64,000 nucleotides of DNA from a virus. The translations under genes were made by a program, and so were the position numbers. The stretch lies in the UHGV virus genome UHGV-2031204; one strand, written 5' to 3'. Below, piece after piece: positions 39,898-49,927 of this stretch. The notes under the pieces are model-generated. The model saw only the letters and a program-made list of their open reading frames with translations. It was not told the DNA's origin and searched no databases. Each line of letters opens with the position of its first letter. Position 1 is the stretch's first letter.

Positions 39898-40632
39898 GTG
39901 ATCGTGAGTGCGATTGAAACAGCCCGTCGTGACCCTACTAAGGTTCATGCGGACTTGGTAAATAACGGCACGGTCACCACTACCAAAGGGGGATGTTACA
40001 TTTACATCCCCGTTGGGTTTGTGGCGAAAGAGTTGGCGGTTATTTCTTCTACGGTAACAATTGTAGGTATCTTTGCGATTTCTACCGACCGTAAAACATA
40101 TGGGGTGTCCAGCGTTACAACGCTTATGGAAATTACCCCAACGGCGTTTGAAGAGATCGACGTCTTTGGTGTTCCTTACTACGAATTTCGTTTTGATCCC
40201 GGTACAGTGGTTTTCCCCAACCGCAATTTACAGGTGTTGTCTCACCCTATTTACAACATTGCGTCGTATATTTACGACTTTGGTAATCGTCCTTTCTGGT
40301 TTACTGCGGCGGATGATGCTGAACTCTTGGCACCTGATAAAGTCAAGAAATGGAACGGTTTTACTGTATTTGCCGATCAGATTACCGCTGACGTTTACGC
40401 AGCACACACGCAGCGTAAAGTAGGTGATCCGAGAACGTTCTTCCGTTATACGCTGAAGAAAGATAGCGATCTTAACAACCCTGTGCAGTTTATTCCGTTG
40501 CGCAGTGGTTCACTTAACAAAACGTCGAGACTGGCGAAACTTGCGGACGTAGAACTTAAACGTGGTATTCGTTCTGCGTTACAGGTTGACCCGGTGCGTG
40601 CCGAACCGCTCGAAGATTTGTTTATGAGGTAA
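39898..40632 (+). CDS. hypothetical protein (GTG start)
   Basis: TAGGAGG RBS before GTG 39898. Confidence 0.5.
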   Translation: MIVSAIETARRDPTKVHADLVNNGTVTTTKGGCYIYIPVGFVAKELAVISSTVTIVGIFAISTDRKTYGVSSVTTLMEITPTAFEEIDVFGVPYYEFRFDPGTVVFPNRNLQVLSHPIYNIASYIYDFGNRPFWFTAADDAELLAPDKVKKWNGFTVFADQITADVYAAHTQRKVGDPRTFFRYTLKKDSDLNNPVQFIPLRSGSLNKTSRLAKLADVELKRGIRSALQVDPVRAEPLEDLFMR

Positions 40633-40663
40633 TCCTACCTTTTACTTTTACTCGGGGAAAACA

Positions 40664-41467
40664 ATGGATAATTTAACACTGCGTTACAACTGTGTAGCGT
40701 TAGCCGGTGTTAACGCTCCAGCCACACTGGAGAAAGACGCGGATGGTTATTACCGCGTACTATTGGGCGCTTTGAATATCTTTAACTCGGAAGGGATTTT
40801 TTACGCCTATAACGAGTCCAAACACGTATTCGAACGCTCGAACATTTTTATGCGTAAAGTGAAAGCAGGGAATCTGTTCGGGGAAGAAGATCACCCAGCA
40901 CCAGAACCCGGTATGACCGAAGCGCAATGGATTGATCGCAACGAATGGATTGAGACGAAAAACGTCTGTATGCACATTCGCGAAGTTGAAGTGATTCCAA
41001 CCGACCAAACCTGTAACGGCTTGCCGGTCATGGAAATCTGGGGCTGGGTTAAGCCGAACCGTGAACGTGGTCCGTACTTAGCAGAAGCGCTCGAAAACCC
41101 ACACCAGAATGTGTGTTTCTCTCTGCGCGCAATCGTACGTGAAGGCTATGTGGGCGGTGTGAAAACACGTCGCTTAGATCGCCTGGTGACGTTCGACTGG
41201 GTTATCGAAGACGGGTTGCAGATTTGTAACAAATACTCTGCAATTCAACGCGGTAGTAAAGTGGCGCAAGAATCCACTCGTGTACTGCTGGACCGTCGTG
41301 TTTCTCTCCAGGCGCTGGAGGACATTCTGCGAAATCCTAACACTACGTCTGCCATCGCGACAGAATCTCGTCGTGGTGAAGTTCGTGCGTTAGCGCAGGA
41401 GTACCTGGCCATCGCTAATAAGAAAACTAACCTACGTGTTATGGGTTTAGGTAACGGGAAGTGGTAA
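40664..41467 (+). CDS. hypothetical protein
   Basis: 267-aa ORF. Confidence 0.5.
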   Translation: MDNLTLRYNCVALAGVNAPATLEKDADGYYRVLLGALNIFNSEGIFYAYNESKHVFERSNIFMRKVKAGNLFGEEDHPAPEPGMTEAQWIDRNEWIETKNVCMHIREVEVIPTDQTCNGLPVMEIWGWVKPNRERGPYLAEALENPHQNVCFSLRAIVREGYVGGVKTRRLDRLVTFDWVIEDGLQICNKYSAIQRGSKVAQESTRVLLDRRVSLQALEDILRNPNTTSAIATESRRGEVRALAQEYLAIANKKTNLRVMGLGNGKW

Positions 41468-42106
41468 ATGGCTGATACTGTTGAACCTTCGTTGGTGAAG
41501 TGGTTAGAGCAACAACTGCCACGCACCGCAAAGAAAGTTTCTTTGAAAAAGTTAGATAGCGCCCCGTTACATATCAGCGATCGAAAGATTTCGGTTTTCA
41601 CGCCTCGGATTCCTTATAGCGTTTACAGAGACGAAGACAAAACGGTACCCCGTATTTGTTGTTCTGTCGATTTAGAACGTTGCCTGCGTGGTGTCCGTCG
41701 TTACTTTACACCTGCGGAAACCGCAAACGTTGTGCCACGTTTTTATCTGTATGGGTTCGACGAACGTGATGTCGTGCAACCCTCGATAGAACTGTCTGCT
41801 GAACCCTACCGCGCTAATGAAGTGTGGATTGTTCCTCACCGCTTATCAAACTGGGAAATTAAACCTAGTATGATTGGTGAACTGCGTTTAGTTCGACTGG
41901 CAAATAACGGATACACTCACACGTTAGCAGTAGCGCTTAACCAAGACGTTCGTTTGAATGCTAACCAGTTATTAAAGAGTGGTTCATTCTACGAACTTAC
42001 TGTAACGTGTAGTGAACGGGAACCTCAGATTACGATTTCTGATGCAAAGGAAATCTCTCGGGGTATTTTTGACGCTGCGTTAAACGAATACACTGTAACT
42101 CCATAA
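41468..42106 (+). CDS. hypothetical protein
   Basis: Start overlaps upstream stop (TAAATG). Confidence 0.5.
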   Translation: MADTVEPSLVKWLEQQLPRTAKKVSLKKLDSAPLHISDRKISVFTPRIPYSVYRDEDKTVPRICCSVDLERCLRGVRRYFTPAETANVVPRFYLYGFDERDVVQPSIELSAEPYRANEVWIVPHRLSNWEIKPSMIGELRLVRLANNGYTHTLAVALNQDVRLNANQLLKSGSFYELTVTCSEREPQITISDAKEISRGIFDAALNEYTVTP

Positions 42107-42155
42107 TCGCCCAGTTCATGGTCTGCAACCCGAATTTGTCGATTGTGAGGGAAGC

Positions 42156-42455
42156 ATGAAAGTGGTTAACATTGCCATACCTCCGACTTTGCAAACTTTA
42201 ACGCCTGAGGAATTGAAAGCACTAACAATCTATGCCGTTCAAGAACGTGCTGGAAAGGAAGTGCTTTCTTCGATACTCGCTGAACGTTTTGACACCAAAC
42301 GTAAAGTCAACAACATTGTCGCAGGTATTTCACAACAAGATATCGCGAAATTTTATTGCGATGTACGTCAAGCAGGTACCGAAATCGATTTTACACGTAC
42401 TTACCTCTTGTTAACTGAACCGTTTCGGTTCATTCTTTCGATTAAGCAGTCCTAA
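42156..42455 (+). CDS. hypothetical protein
   Basis: 99-aa ORF. Confidence 0.4.
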   Translation: MKVVNIAIPPTLQTLTPEELKALTIYAVQERAGKEVLSSILAERFDTKRKVNNIVAGISQQDIAKFYCDVRQAGTEIDFTRTYLLLTEPFRFILSIKQS

Positions 42456-42522
42456 TTTTTTATTTTTACGATTTCTACCGTTATTGTGTCGGAGGAACCT
42501 CTACAAAAAAGGATAATCAAAA

Positions 42523-43074
42523 ATGTTCAATTTAGATAGTGACGGCGTGTTCGCGAGTTGGCGTAAATACGTTCTGACTCACCACTTCCAAGGAATGTCC
42601 ATACAAGAATTTCATGGAATGCCGGAATTGCACCGCCGTGCACTGGTCCGGGAAATGTATTTAAAGGACCCGGATCTTTTTTATAAACTGGACCCTATAC
42701 CCGAGGCTGCAAAAATCCTCGAAACGGTAGAAAGTCTGGGGGAATGTTGGGCGATATTAACGTCGGGTTCGGAAGACCATTTCGATCACGACCGTGTTGT
42801 TGAGTGTAAAAAATTATTCTTCGAGAAACACTTTGGTGTGCCTGGTCACAAAGTTATCGTGACTACAAACTCTGCGGAAAAAGCGACTTACGCTGATAAA
42901 GGGAGATTGTTAGTGGATGACTATGGCCGGAATTGCCGTGAGTGGGTGTTAAAGAACGGGACCGCGATTTATACGCGAACGGATGAACCTGACGTCGATG
43001 TGGTTTGTCGACAACTCAGAACATTCGCAGAAAATCCCTTCGAATACTCAGGTCAAATTTTGTGCGTGCAGTAA
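42523..43074 (+). CDS. HAD-family 5'(3')-deoxyribonucleotidase-like protein
   Basis: N-terminal MFNLDSDGVFA (DxDGV HAD motif I). Confidence 0.5.
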   Translation: MFNLDSDGVFASWRKYVLTHHFQGMSIQEFHGMPELHRRALVREMYLKDPDLFYKLDPIPEAAKILETVESLGECWAILTSGSEDHFDHDRVVECKKLFFEKHFGVPGHKVIVTTNSAEKATYADKGRLLVDDYGRNCREWVLKNGTAIYTRTDEPDVDVVCRQLRTFAENPFEYSGQILCVQ

Positions 43075-43083
43075 AACCTTTTC

Positions 43084-43125
43084 GGCTAGTCTATTCGATG
43101 AATAGACTAGCCCACTTATATTTTA
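43084..43125 (+). terminator. rho-independent terminator
   Basis: 12-bp stem GGCTAGTCTATT/AATAGACTAGCC, T-rich tail. Confidence 0.65.
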
Positions 43126-43218
43126 ACCCTATTGAAAATTATCTTAGATATATTTTACTTAGGTGAGCGTTGTAGAATTACACGCTATTCGACTGTTTAA
43201 CCTAAAGGAGTATTAAAA

Positions 43219-43608
43219 ATGAAAAACGAATTATTTAAAGACCCGTTTGTTGTATTAATGATTTCTACTCGTGCTATCACGCGTCAAGATGACCTGGAAC
43301 GATTAATTACAGATGAAACTTATCTGTGCGAGCAACGTGACAAACTACTGAACAAAGAATGTCCTTATGAAGATATCGGTCCTCTAGTGACTATCGTCCG
43401 TAACCCAGAGTGGCGTAGAAACAACGAATTGTCTGATATCTTGAGTGTTTCGCTTGCAAAACTGGCAATGTTGTTCTCTCTCGATAAAGACCTTAAACAA
43501 TGTCTTACTACGCCAGACCGCATCAAAATGTTTGAAGGCATTCGGGAATCAGTTAAACAGATTAATGCTATCAAAAGCAATTGGATGCTCTCTAGCGTAG
43601 GTAGCTAA
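43219..43608 (+). CDS. hypothetical protein
   Basis: AAAGGAG RBS. Confidence 0.5.
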   Translation: MKNELFKDPFVVLMISTRAITRQDDLERLITDETYLCEQRDKLLNKECPYEDIGPLVTIVRNPEWRRNNELSDILSVSLAKLAMLFSLDKDLKQCLTTPDRIKMFEGIRESVKQINAIKSNWMLSSVGS

Positions 43609-43609
43609 G

Positions 43610-43999
43610 ATGAAATGGTCAAAAGAACTTATCAATGCCTGTCGTGATCCCTTTACATTATGGATTCTGTGTAGCTTACGTCGCGATGACAGATTCTATA
43701 CTTTCGTAACAGACCCTCAAGCGCTCGAACTCCACGTAAAACGCGTTGAGGCGCATTTAGAGACGTTAAAAGAGGAAAGCAATACCATCGTACCTAAAGA
43801 TGCGTTTCTGTGCCGTATGGCGTCTCCTAAGTGGCGTGAAGCGCATCGGCTAAAAGCACCTACTCTCCCGGATATGGTGCAAGAGCTTGCAAGGGTAGTA
43901 AGCGCTGACCATATCCTCTATCGAAACATCATCCAAGAACCTGACGATTGGAAAAACCATCGTATTCTGTTGGCACGCTGTCAGTTCACATTCTCTTAA
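43610..43999 (+). CDS. hypothetical protein
   Basis: 129-aa ORF. Confidence 0.45.
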   Translation: MKWSKELINACRDPFTLWILCSLRRDDRFYTFVTDPQALELHVKRVEAHLETLKEESNTIVPKDAFLCRMASPKWREAHRLKAPTLPDMVQELARVVSADHILYRNIIQEPDDWKNHRILLARCQFTFS

Positions 44000-44020
44000 T
44001 CGACTTGTAAGGTATTATCA

Positions 44021-44692
44021 ATGGAAGCTACTGAAATTAATAAATTCTGGGAACGTGTACTTAGCCACTTCCGCGATTTCTATCGCTATACCGATAGCGC
44101 GCACCGACTAGACCACATTCTTTCTGTGAAGTCGAACGCTGTTCGTATCGCTTACCTGTTGAATGAAACGCAGCACTTAAAGAATGTTCTGGTTGCCGTG
44201 GCAGCGCACGATATTTTCTCCACACCTGCTGACCGTGCTTCACACCACATCAAGGCATTCAATTACGTGCTTGATTCTGCACCTATACTCAAGCGTCGTT
44301 TTAAACTTAGTTCCGACGATGTGACCGAGGTAGCGTATGCAGTATTAGAACATCGGAGTTCCCACAAAGGTGGTTATAATTCCATTGTTTCTGAAATTGT
44401 CGCTGCCGCCGATCGCGGCATCCCTACCGTCGAGGAAGTTAAAAATTACATGCACCGCTCTTACTTATACGCACGTGACCATGGAAAATCTGTTACTGAT
44501 TCAAAATTCCATGCAATCAGTCACGTGCAAAATAAGTTCGGTCGTAATGGTAAATCTCGTGTTCCTGATTGGTATAACGCATTGTTTGCGAAAGAAATCT
44601 TGGAACGCCAAGAGTACGTTGAAATGCTCGACTTAGCGTATTTCACCGACGAAATCATCACTGGCTTAGAAAGCCGTCTTCAACAACAGTAA
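44021..44692 (+). CDS. putative HD-domain phosphohydrolase
   Basis: H...HD...D pattern: LDHILSV, VAVAAHDIFS, later AAADRG. Confidence 0.4.
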   Translation: MEATEINKFWERVLSHFRDFYRYTDSAHRLDHILSVKSNAVRIAYLLNETQHLKNVLVAVAAHDIFSTPADRASHHIKAFNYVLDSAPILKRRFKLSSDDVTEVAYAVLEHRSSHKGGYNSIVSEIVAAADRGIPTVEEVKNYMHRSYLYARDHGKSVTDSKFHAISHVQNKFGRNGKSRVPDWYNALFAKEILERQEYVEMLDLAYFTDEIITGLESRLQQQ

Positions 44693-44711
44693 ACCTTAAG
44701 GAATAAATCAA

Positions 44712-45194
44712 ATGGCACAAGTAATGTCTACTAAAGAACTGGCTGCAATGATCGATGCGCTGGAAACTCCGGCAATGACTATGGACGAAAGCGCGGTACT
44801 TAACGCAGACCCGTTAATCAAAATCTACGAAGAATCACTTCCGGTCATCAAAGTGAACGACACCGATTATCGTCTGACGCTACAGGATGCGGATGCGGTT
44901 CGCCAACACGATGCAAACTTCCTGGAAGTCTACGGTAAGGTTGCATCAGAACTTATCGTTGAGAAAGCGAAAGCAGACGACGAATTGGTCGCACTGGACC
45001 TTACCACGAATATTGGTAACGCGTCGTTCTCTACGGTGTTCTCACGTCCAACTGGGGAAACAGTAGGGGCGTCTGAATGGGCAGCTTCTATCGGCTTTGG
45101 TTACGGTGTACCTAAGTCAAAAGAGCTGGAAGGGAAAATGCGCAAAGTGTTTGCCGATGCGATGATGGCGGGCGATGACGAAGACGACGAATAA
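44712..45194 (+). CDS. hypothetical acidic protein
   Basis: 160-aa ORF followed by two terminators. Confidence 0.5.
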   Translation: MAQVMSTKELAAMIDALETPAMTMDESAVLNADPLIKIYEESLPVIKVNDTDYRLTLQDADAVRQHDANFLEVYGKVASELIVEKAKADDELVALDLTTNIGNASFSTVFSRPTGETVGASEWAASIGFGYGVPKSKELEGKMRKVFADAMMAGDDEDDE

Positions 45195-45213
45195 GATCGG
45201 TATTATTTCAGGA

Positions 45214-45238
45214 GCCCGACTATATCGGGCTTTTGTTC
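45214..45238 (+). terminator. rho-independent terminator
   Basis: GCCCGA/TCGGGC stem then TTTT. Confidence 0.55.
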
Positions 45239-45353
45239 CTGAAGAGAAAATCAATCCTACGAAATGGCAACAACCTCTTTCTCGGAAGCCAGGGCCACCT
45301 AGACCGATTGATGGTCTGGTTTACCTGAGCCACCGACGGAGAAAATAAAATCT

Positions 45354-45385
45354 AGGGCGGTCTTATGACCGCCCTATTTTTTTTG
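45354..45385 (+). terminator. rho-independent terminator
   Basis: AGGGCGGTC/GACCGCCCT stem, TTAT loop, 8-T run. Confidence 0.7.
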
Positions 45386-45403
45386 ATTTCAGGAGATAAA
45401 ACA

Positions 45404-45961
45404 ATGCAAAACTTATTCGATGGTTATCCCATGGCTCAAGAAAAGCCGAATACAGAACGGCCCGTACCGCTTCCTAACGTCATGAACCGTACAGAAGTCA
45501 TTAGTCATCTTAACCAGATCGGTGAAATCTTTACGTTGTCTATGCAAGCCACTTTAGGTGATGCGTTTCCACACATCGCGGGCTGGCCTGCTGAAACGAT
45601 CCCACACACTATCAACGGCTACCAGCGTTTCTTAACCGAAATACGTAGCAGTTCTGTCGGTAATGTCGTCGCCGGTTACGTTATCCGTTTCAAACAACTC
45701 TTACGGATTGAGTTCGGTGAAGATGTATTAGAAGCGTTAGAATCTGAATTGGTTAGCTTGCACAACAACGAAATTATACGTAACGAAAAAGGAAATGGCG
45801 ACACAGAACTAACACTGTGGCGTGTTGCTTATCCCAGCGACACCACCAACACACCACCCACCACGTTCGATTTACTCTCTACGTTCCTGCTGCTAATGCA
45901 GATGAAAAACTTAATTATTCGTTCTTCTGCCCGTAAACAACTGGCGCAAGAAGAAAAATAA
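45404..45961 (+). CDS. hypothetical protein
   Basis: AGGAG RBS before ATG 45404; track start 45365 lies inside the terminator hairpin. Confidence 0.5.
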   Translation: MQNLFDGYPMAQEKPNTERPVPLPNVMNRTEVISHLNQIGEIFTLSMQATLGDAFPHIAGWPAETIPHTINGYQRFLTEIRSSSVGNVVAGYVIRFKQLLRIEFGEDVLEALESELVSLHNNEIIRNEKGNGDTELTLWRVAYPSDTTNTPPTTFDLLSTFLLLMQMKNLIIRSSARKQLAQEEK

Positions 45962-45965
45962 AAGC

Positions 45966-46008
45966 TACCTACCTCCATGACGGAGGTAGGTAAACTTATT
46001 TTTTTTTG
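45966..46008. terminator. bidirectional terminator
   Basis: TACCTACCTCC/GGAGGTAGGTA 11-bp stem with T-runs on both strands. Confidence 0.75.
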
Positions 46009-46009
46009 C

Positions 46010-46885
46010 TTAACGAAGCTGATTTGCCATCTGCTCGTCGGACACAGAACGATAACCGCCAGCCGTAGCATCGACGTCTGGGTTGATGCCGTTGGTCTGT
46101 TGAGACGGAGTAAGCCACAGTTTGCGTTCGTAAGGACGCAGGCCGTAAAGCTTCATGCGCTCCAGTTCTTTCTGAGCTGCCTGCATCGGACCCCAACCTG
46201 TCCATTGCTGGGAGGTGAAGGTGATAGACAGTTCGTTGGTCTGAGGACCGGTGTTCGGGTCACGTTCACCGATATCCTGACCGTTAGACTCAGGAGCCAT
46301 GTTCGTCAGCCACCAAGCGTTCTGCGGTTTACGCTGATACGCATCCGGTTCGAAATACAGCACGGTCATGCTGTACATATCCGGCAGGTGGTCAGGAACG
46401 TTCGGGTTGATTGCCGCCAGACCAGGGTGGCCTGTGTGCGGGTCACAAACACCGTATACCAGCCACGCCCAGAGCATGTTCTGATACACTTTACCCAGTT
46501 TATCCGGGGTCGTGTGCGTAACCGAAGACAGTGCTTCGGTTACCAGACCAGCTTCGTACTGAACGCGGTTGTTACGTCCCTGCTGAGTCTGTACGTACTC
46601 AGCACTCAGGGATTTGTCCAGGCCGGTAATCGTGGTGTGAACCTCGATGAACGATTTGATTGCCTGACGCCACAGTTGTGGGTTCGGCATGTAATCAACC
46701 CAACGAGGGAACTCCATCACACGTGCGATTACGTTACGACGCAGACGGTGGGCGTTGGTAACGAACTTACCAACCTGACCGACCGGACCGTTTTGACCAG
46801 ACGAGAAGGGGTTAACCATATCGTACTGGCCGCCGTCGACGTGGAGGCCCTGGTCAGGTAAAATCATGCGTTCTTTGATAGACAT
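46010..46885 (-). CDS. candidate tail tube protein
   Basis: 291-aa gene immediately after the 685-aa gene; assignment by gene order and size only. Confidence 0.35.
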   Translation of the reverse strand: MSIKERMILPDQGLHVDGGQYDMVNPFSSGQNGPVGQVGKFVTNAHRLRRNVIARVMEFPRWVDYMPNPQLWRQAIKSFIEVHTTITGLDKSLSAEYVQTQQGRNNRVQYEAGLVTEALSSVTHTTPDKLGKVYQNMLWAWLVYGVCDPHTGHPGLAAINPNVPDHLPDMYSMTVLYFEPDAYQRKPQNAWWLTNMAPESNGQDIGERDPNTGPQTNELSITFTSQQWTGWGPMQAAQKELERMKLYGLRPYERKLWLTPSQQTNGINPDVDATAGGYRSVSDEQMANQLR

Positions 46886-46888
46886 CTA

Positions 46889-48946
46889 TTAGACCTCCGT
46901 ACTGTTGCGACGATAAACTTTGATCGTCGTGTTGAACTGCGACAACAGTACACCGCCTTCAGCTTTAATGTCCAGCGTGATAGAGTAGCCATTGGCTTTA
47001 TCGTCCGCTGTCATATACGCACTCGGGGTAATGTCGGCAATATTATCCAGGCGACCTTCCAAACGCTCGGTGATTTTGTTTTCAATCATTTTCGCGCGTT
47101 CGTCGTCCGTCATACGGCTTTCACCGGACATATCTGCCCAAACCTGATCACTGACACGATAAACGTAAGTCAGGATAAAGTTAAACAGTGCATTGTTCAG
47201 CACTGAACGTTCTTCGCTATAGATGGACTGGATAGCTGGGATGAACAAACGATAGTAGTCGCGGGAACGTGCGGTAACCAGAGACACATCCCAGTCGGAT
47301 GCGTAAATCTCGTTACCTTTCCACGGCATACTCAAATCGTACAGATCTTCGATGATCGTCTCTTCACCACGGCTGAAACGATACGCCGGTTTTGCACGTC
47401 CTTCACCGGAACCGAGATACTTCGAGAAGAAGTTCGCAATGCTATAACACATCGGAACCGGTTTCTTGTAGCTCGAGTTACGGATGAATGCAGACTGGCC
47501 AGTAATCATCCCACGGCACGCCGGGGTACCGTAATAGGACGACTCAGGCACGGACGTAATCATTTCGATCAGCGCTGTCTTCACGTTCTCTTCGGTTTGT
47601 AAGTCATTACGACCTTCGTTATAAACGTGAGTACAGAGTGTCAAGAACGTGTTACGAGAACGGCCAATGAAATTGGTCAGCACTTTCTTGGTATCCATGC
47701 TAAAACCGGAGTCCCAGAAGCAGCCTAACGAATATTTCAGTTCGTTATCGTAACGGACTTTACCGCCGTCCGGGAACAGGCTCATCTCACGACGCACGAG
47801 TTTGTCGTAAGCATCGTTACCCATCGTCCCGTCACTACCGCCCTGCAGATAGTGAATATTAGAAGCAGAAAAGACAACTTTACCCACTTCATCAGATGGG
47901 CTAACTTGCAGACCATCGTACATTTGACCGGTTAAATCCAGACCGCCGAAGATATCGACCATATACGGATCGGTAATCGCTGGTTTCGCATTCTGAATTT
48001 TAGACTGTGCCAGTTTCAGAACAGTTTCCAGGTTTTCACGGTAAATGTAGAACTCTTCGAAAGGACCGTAGTCCGGCAGACCGCCGATGTCTGGCATCGT
48101 CTGACGATAGGCATCTGGAACAACGACTTCGAAGTCCAGTTGAGTAGCCATCGGCTGATAGTATGCATCGGGCTTGAAGCTAACATTGATGCTGCTAAGA
48201 CCTTTAATGGTCTTCCAAATTACCGGCGATGTAACCCCTGCTAAGGTTTCAAACCATTGCAGTGCGTACATACGTCCACCTACGTTGGTCTGATAAGCAG
48301 ACGCGATAGATGGGCTGGATTTTTCGTTCAGCGGAACCAGTTTAAAACCGAAACCGTTGACATCAGCACCCGCATACGGGCCTTTAATGTCGAAGATCGG
48401 ATAAAGCTTTGATTTCGCGCTGGTGGTTTCGTCGGTCATTGTCCCTTCAGTAACCACACCTTTTTTCAGGGTGCTTACATCTTCGACAACTTGCAGACGG
48501 AAAACCACTTTCAAGCCATCAACGTCTTCTTTCTTCTTCGGCTTACCGTTAGTTTCATACTGGATAATGCCGTTCACACGCTCGTATGAAGGAACTTTGG
48601 TTTCGAGGACGTCAGCCACCAGACGGACAGCTGCGACTTTCGCATCGTCCGGCACCAGACGCTGATACATACACTCGTTACCATTGGCATTAAACATCGC
48701 CTGGAAGGGTGTGTTGAACGTCGCGTAATCGCCACGCAGGTCGAACAAATCACGACCAAGCAGAGACAATGCATTATCCCCGGATAACGGGAACGCCTCG
48801 TCGTCTACCCCGCGTGATGCAAAGGTGAAGATCAGCGGCTTATGAATCGGATCACCCGTGGGGGTCCGGACAAGCTCAGGGACAGAGTTATCCTGCCACC
48901 CTTGCTTGTTATTCAATGGCGCGCCGTTTCGTGGAATAAAACTCAT
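46889..48946 (-). CDS. candidate tail sheath protein (major capsid not excluded)
   Basis: 685-aa gene followed by a smaller tube-like gene; no motif confirmation. Confidence 0.4.
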   Translation of the reverse strand: MSFIPRNGAPLNNKQGWQDNSVPELVRTPTGDPIHKPLIFTFASRGVDDEAFPLSGDNALSLLGRDLFDLRGDYATFNTPFQAMFNANGNECMYQRLVPDDAKVAAVRLVADVLETKVPSYERVNGIIQYETNGKPKKKEDVDGLKVVFRLQVVEDVSTLKKGVVTEGTMTDETTSAKSKLYPIFDIKGPYAGADVNGFGFKLVPLNEKSSPSIASAYQTNVGGRMYALQWFETLAGVTSPVIWKTIKGLSSINVSFKPDAYYQPMATQLDFEVVVPDAYRQTMPDIGGLPDYGPFEEFYIYRENLETVLKLAQSKIQNAKPAITDPYMVDIFGGLDLTGQMYDGLQVSPSDEVGKVVFSASNIHYLQGGSDGTMGNDAYDKLVRREMSLFPDGGKVRYDNELKYSLGCFWDSGFSMDTKKVLTNFIGRSRNTFLTLCTHVYNEGRNDLQTEENVKTALIEMITSVPESSYYGTPACRGMITGQSAFIRNSSYKKPVPMCYSIANFFSKYLGSGEGRAKPAYRFSRGEETIIEDLYDLSMPWKGNEIYASDWDVSLVTARSRDYYRLFIPAIQSIYSEERSVLNNALFNFILTYVYRVSDQVWADMSGESRMTDDERAKMIENKITERLEGRLDNIADITPSAYMTADDKANGYSITLDIKAEGGVLLSQFNTTIKVYRRNSTEV

Positions 48947-49008
48947 GGAACGTCTCCATATTCAGTCTTTAAGACCTTGAAAAAGGGTCATACTAAGGTA
49001 TCATACTC

Positions 49009-49917
49009 ATGGCACTCAAAAACGCTTACAACGGTACTCCGTTTAATACCATAGACCTTACCCGCTTACATGCGGATTTGGAACTGGCGCGTAAAGTCAA
49101 TCAGACTGTTGCACAGTCTGACGAAGTACATTACGTTATCGAAACCGCCGATGTAAAACCGTTCCCGTTACCGATCGTCATCGGTGATGACGTGTACGTT
49201 GACGCACGAACTTTCACTACGCTCGATAAAAACGGCGTACTGAAAATCCGTAACCCCATTGAGCACCAATTACGTCTCGACGAAGCACGTTGGGAATTAG
49301 TGTGGAAACGGAACAATGATAAGCTCGGTACATTAATGTCACGTATGTCTTATCACCATGAGATCTTCAGCAGGTGGATTAGCGATGCAATTGAACACAC
49401 CTACGCACTTGCTCCATATCAAAGTGGTCAAGTCAAGGCACTCGCTGCCCTGTTCTCCGTAGGACAGTTCTACAACAACTTCGAAGATGAAGTTAAAATG
49501 TTAAGAATGCAGCAGCAGTTAGAACGTGAACTTCGCCTCGGACCACAGATTTTTGAAACTGTTACCGGAAACACAGAGTTCCTGTTCCCACGCAATATCG
49601 GTGAATTTGTCGAGATGGTAAAAGCTGCAGACATTACCGCACGCTTAAAAGATCTCAGCGTAGTAAGTTTGCAAGGTATGCTGGCAACGAGCTTGGGTAG
49701 CTTTATTAGCTACGATCGTCAACTTGTTACCAGCGCCATCGAATATCCGCCGTCTCTCTTTGTTATTACCCGCACTTGCTTAGAGAACGTGATATTTAAC
49801 CGCTCCCGTTTAGGTGGACTAATTAAGAAATGTGACGTGGCAAAACGTAAAGACGCTTTTATCATGGCATACGACACATTACTTAACCAAAACACCAAAC
49901 CGATAAACAACCAGTAA
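49009..49917 (+). CDS. hypothetical protein, probable virion or packaging module
   Basis: 302-aa ORF divergent from the sheath-like gene. Confidence 0.5.
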   Translation: MALKNAYNGTPFNTIDLTRLHADLELARKVNQTVAQSDEVHYVIETADVKPFPLPIVIGDDVYVDARTFTTLDKNGVLKIRNPIEHQLRLDEARWELVWKRNNDKLGTLMSRMSYHHEIFSRWISDAIEHTYALAPYQSGQVKALAALFSVGQFYNNFEDEVKMLRMQQQLERELRLGPQIFETVTGNTEFLFPRNIGEFVEMVKAADITARLKDLSVVSLQGMLATSLGSFISYDRQLVTSAIEYPPSLFVITRTCLENVIFNRSRLGGLIKKCDVAKRKDAFIMAYDTLLNQNTKPINNQ

Positions 49918-49927
49918 GAGGTCCACT

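Noticed and set aside
45365-45403. Upstream ATG 45365 as the start of the 45404-45961 gene
   Set aside because: That ATG sits inside the terminator hairpin 45354-45385; the ATG at 45404 has an AGGAG RBS.
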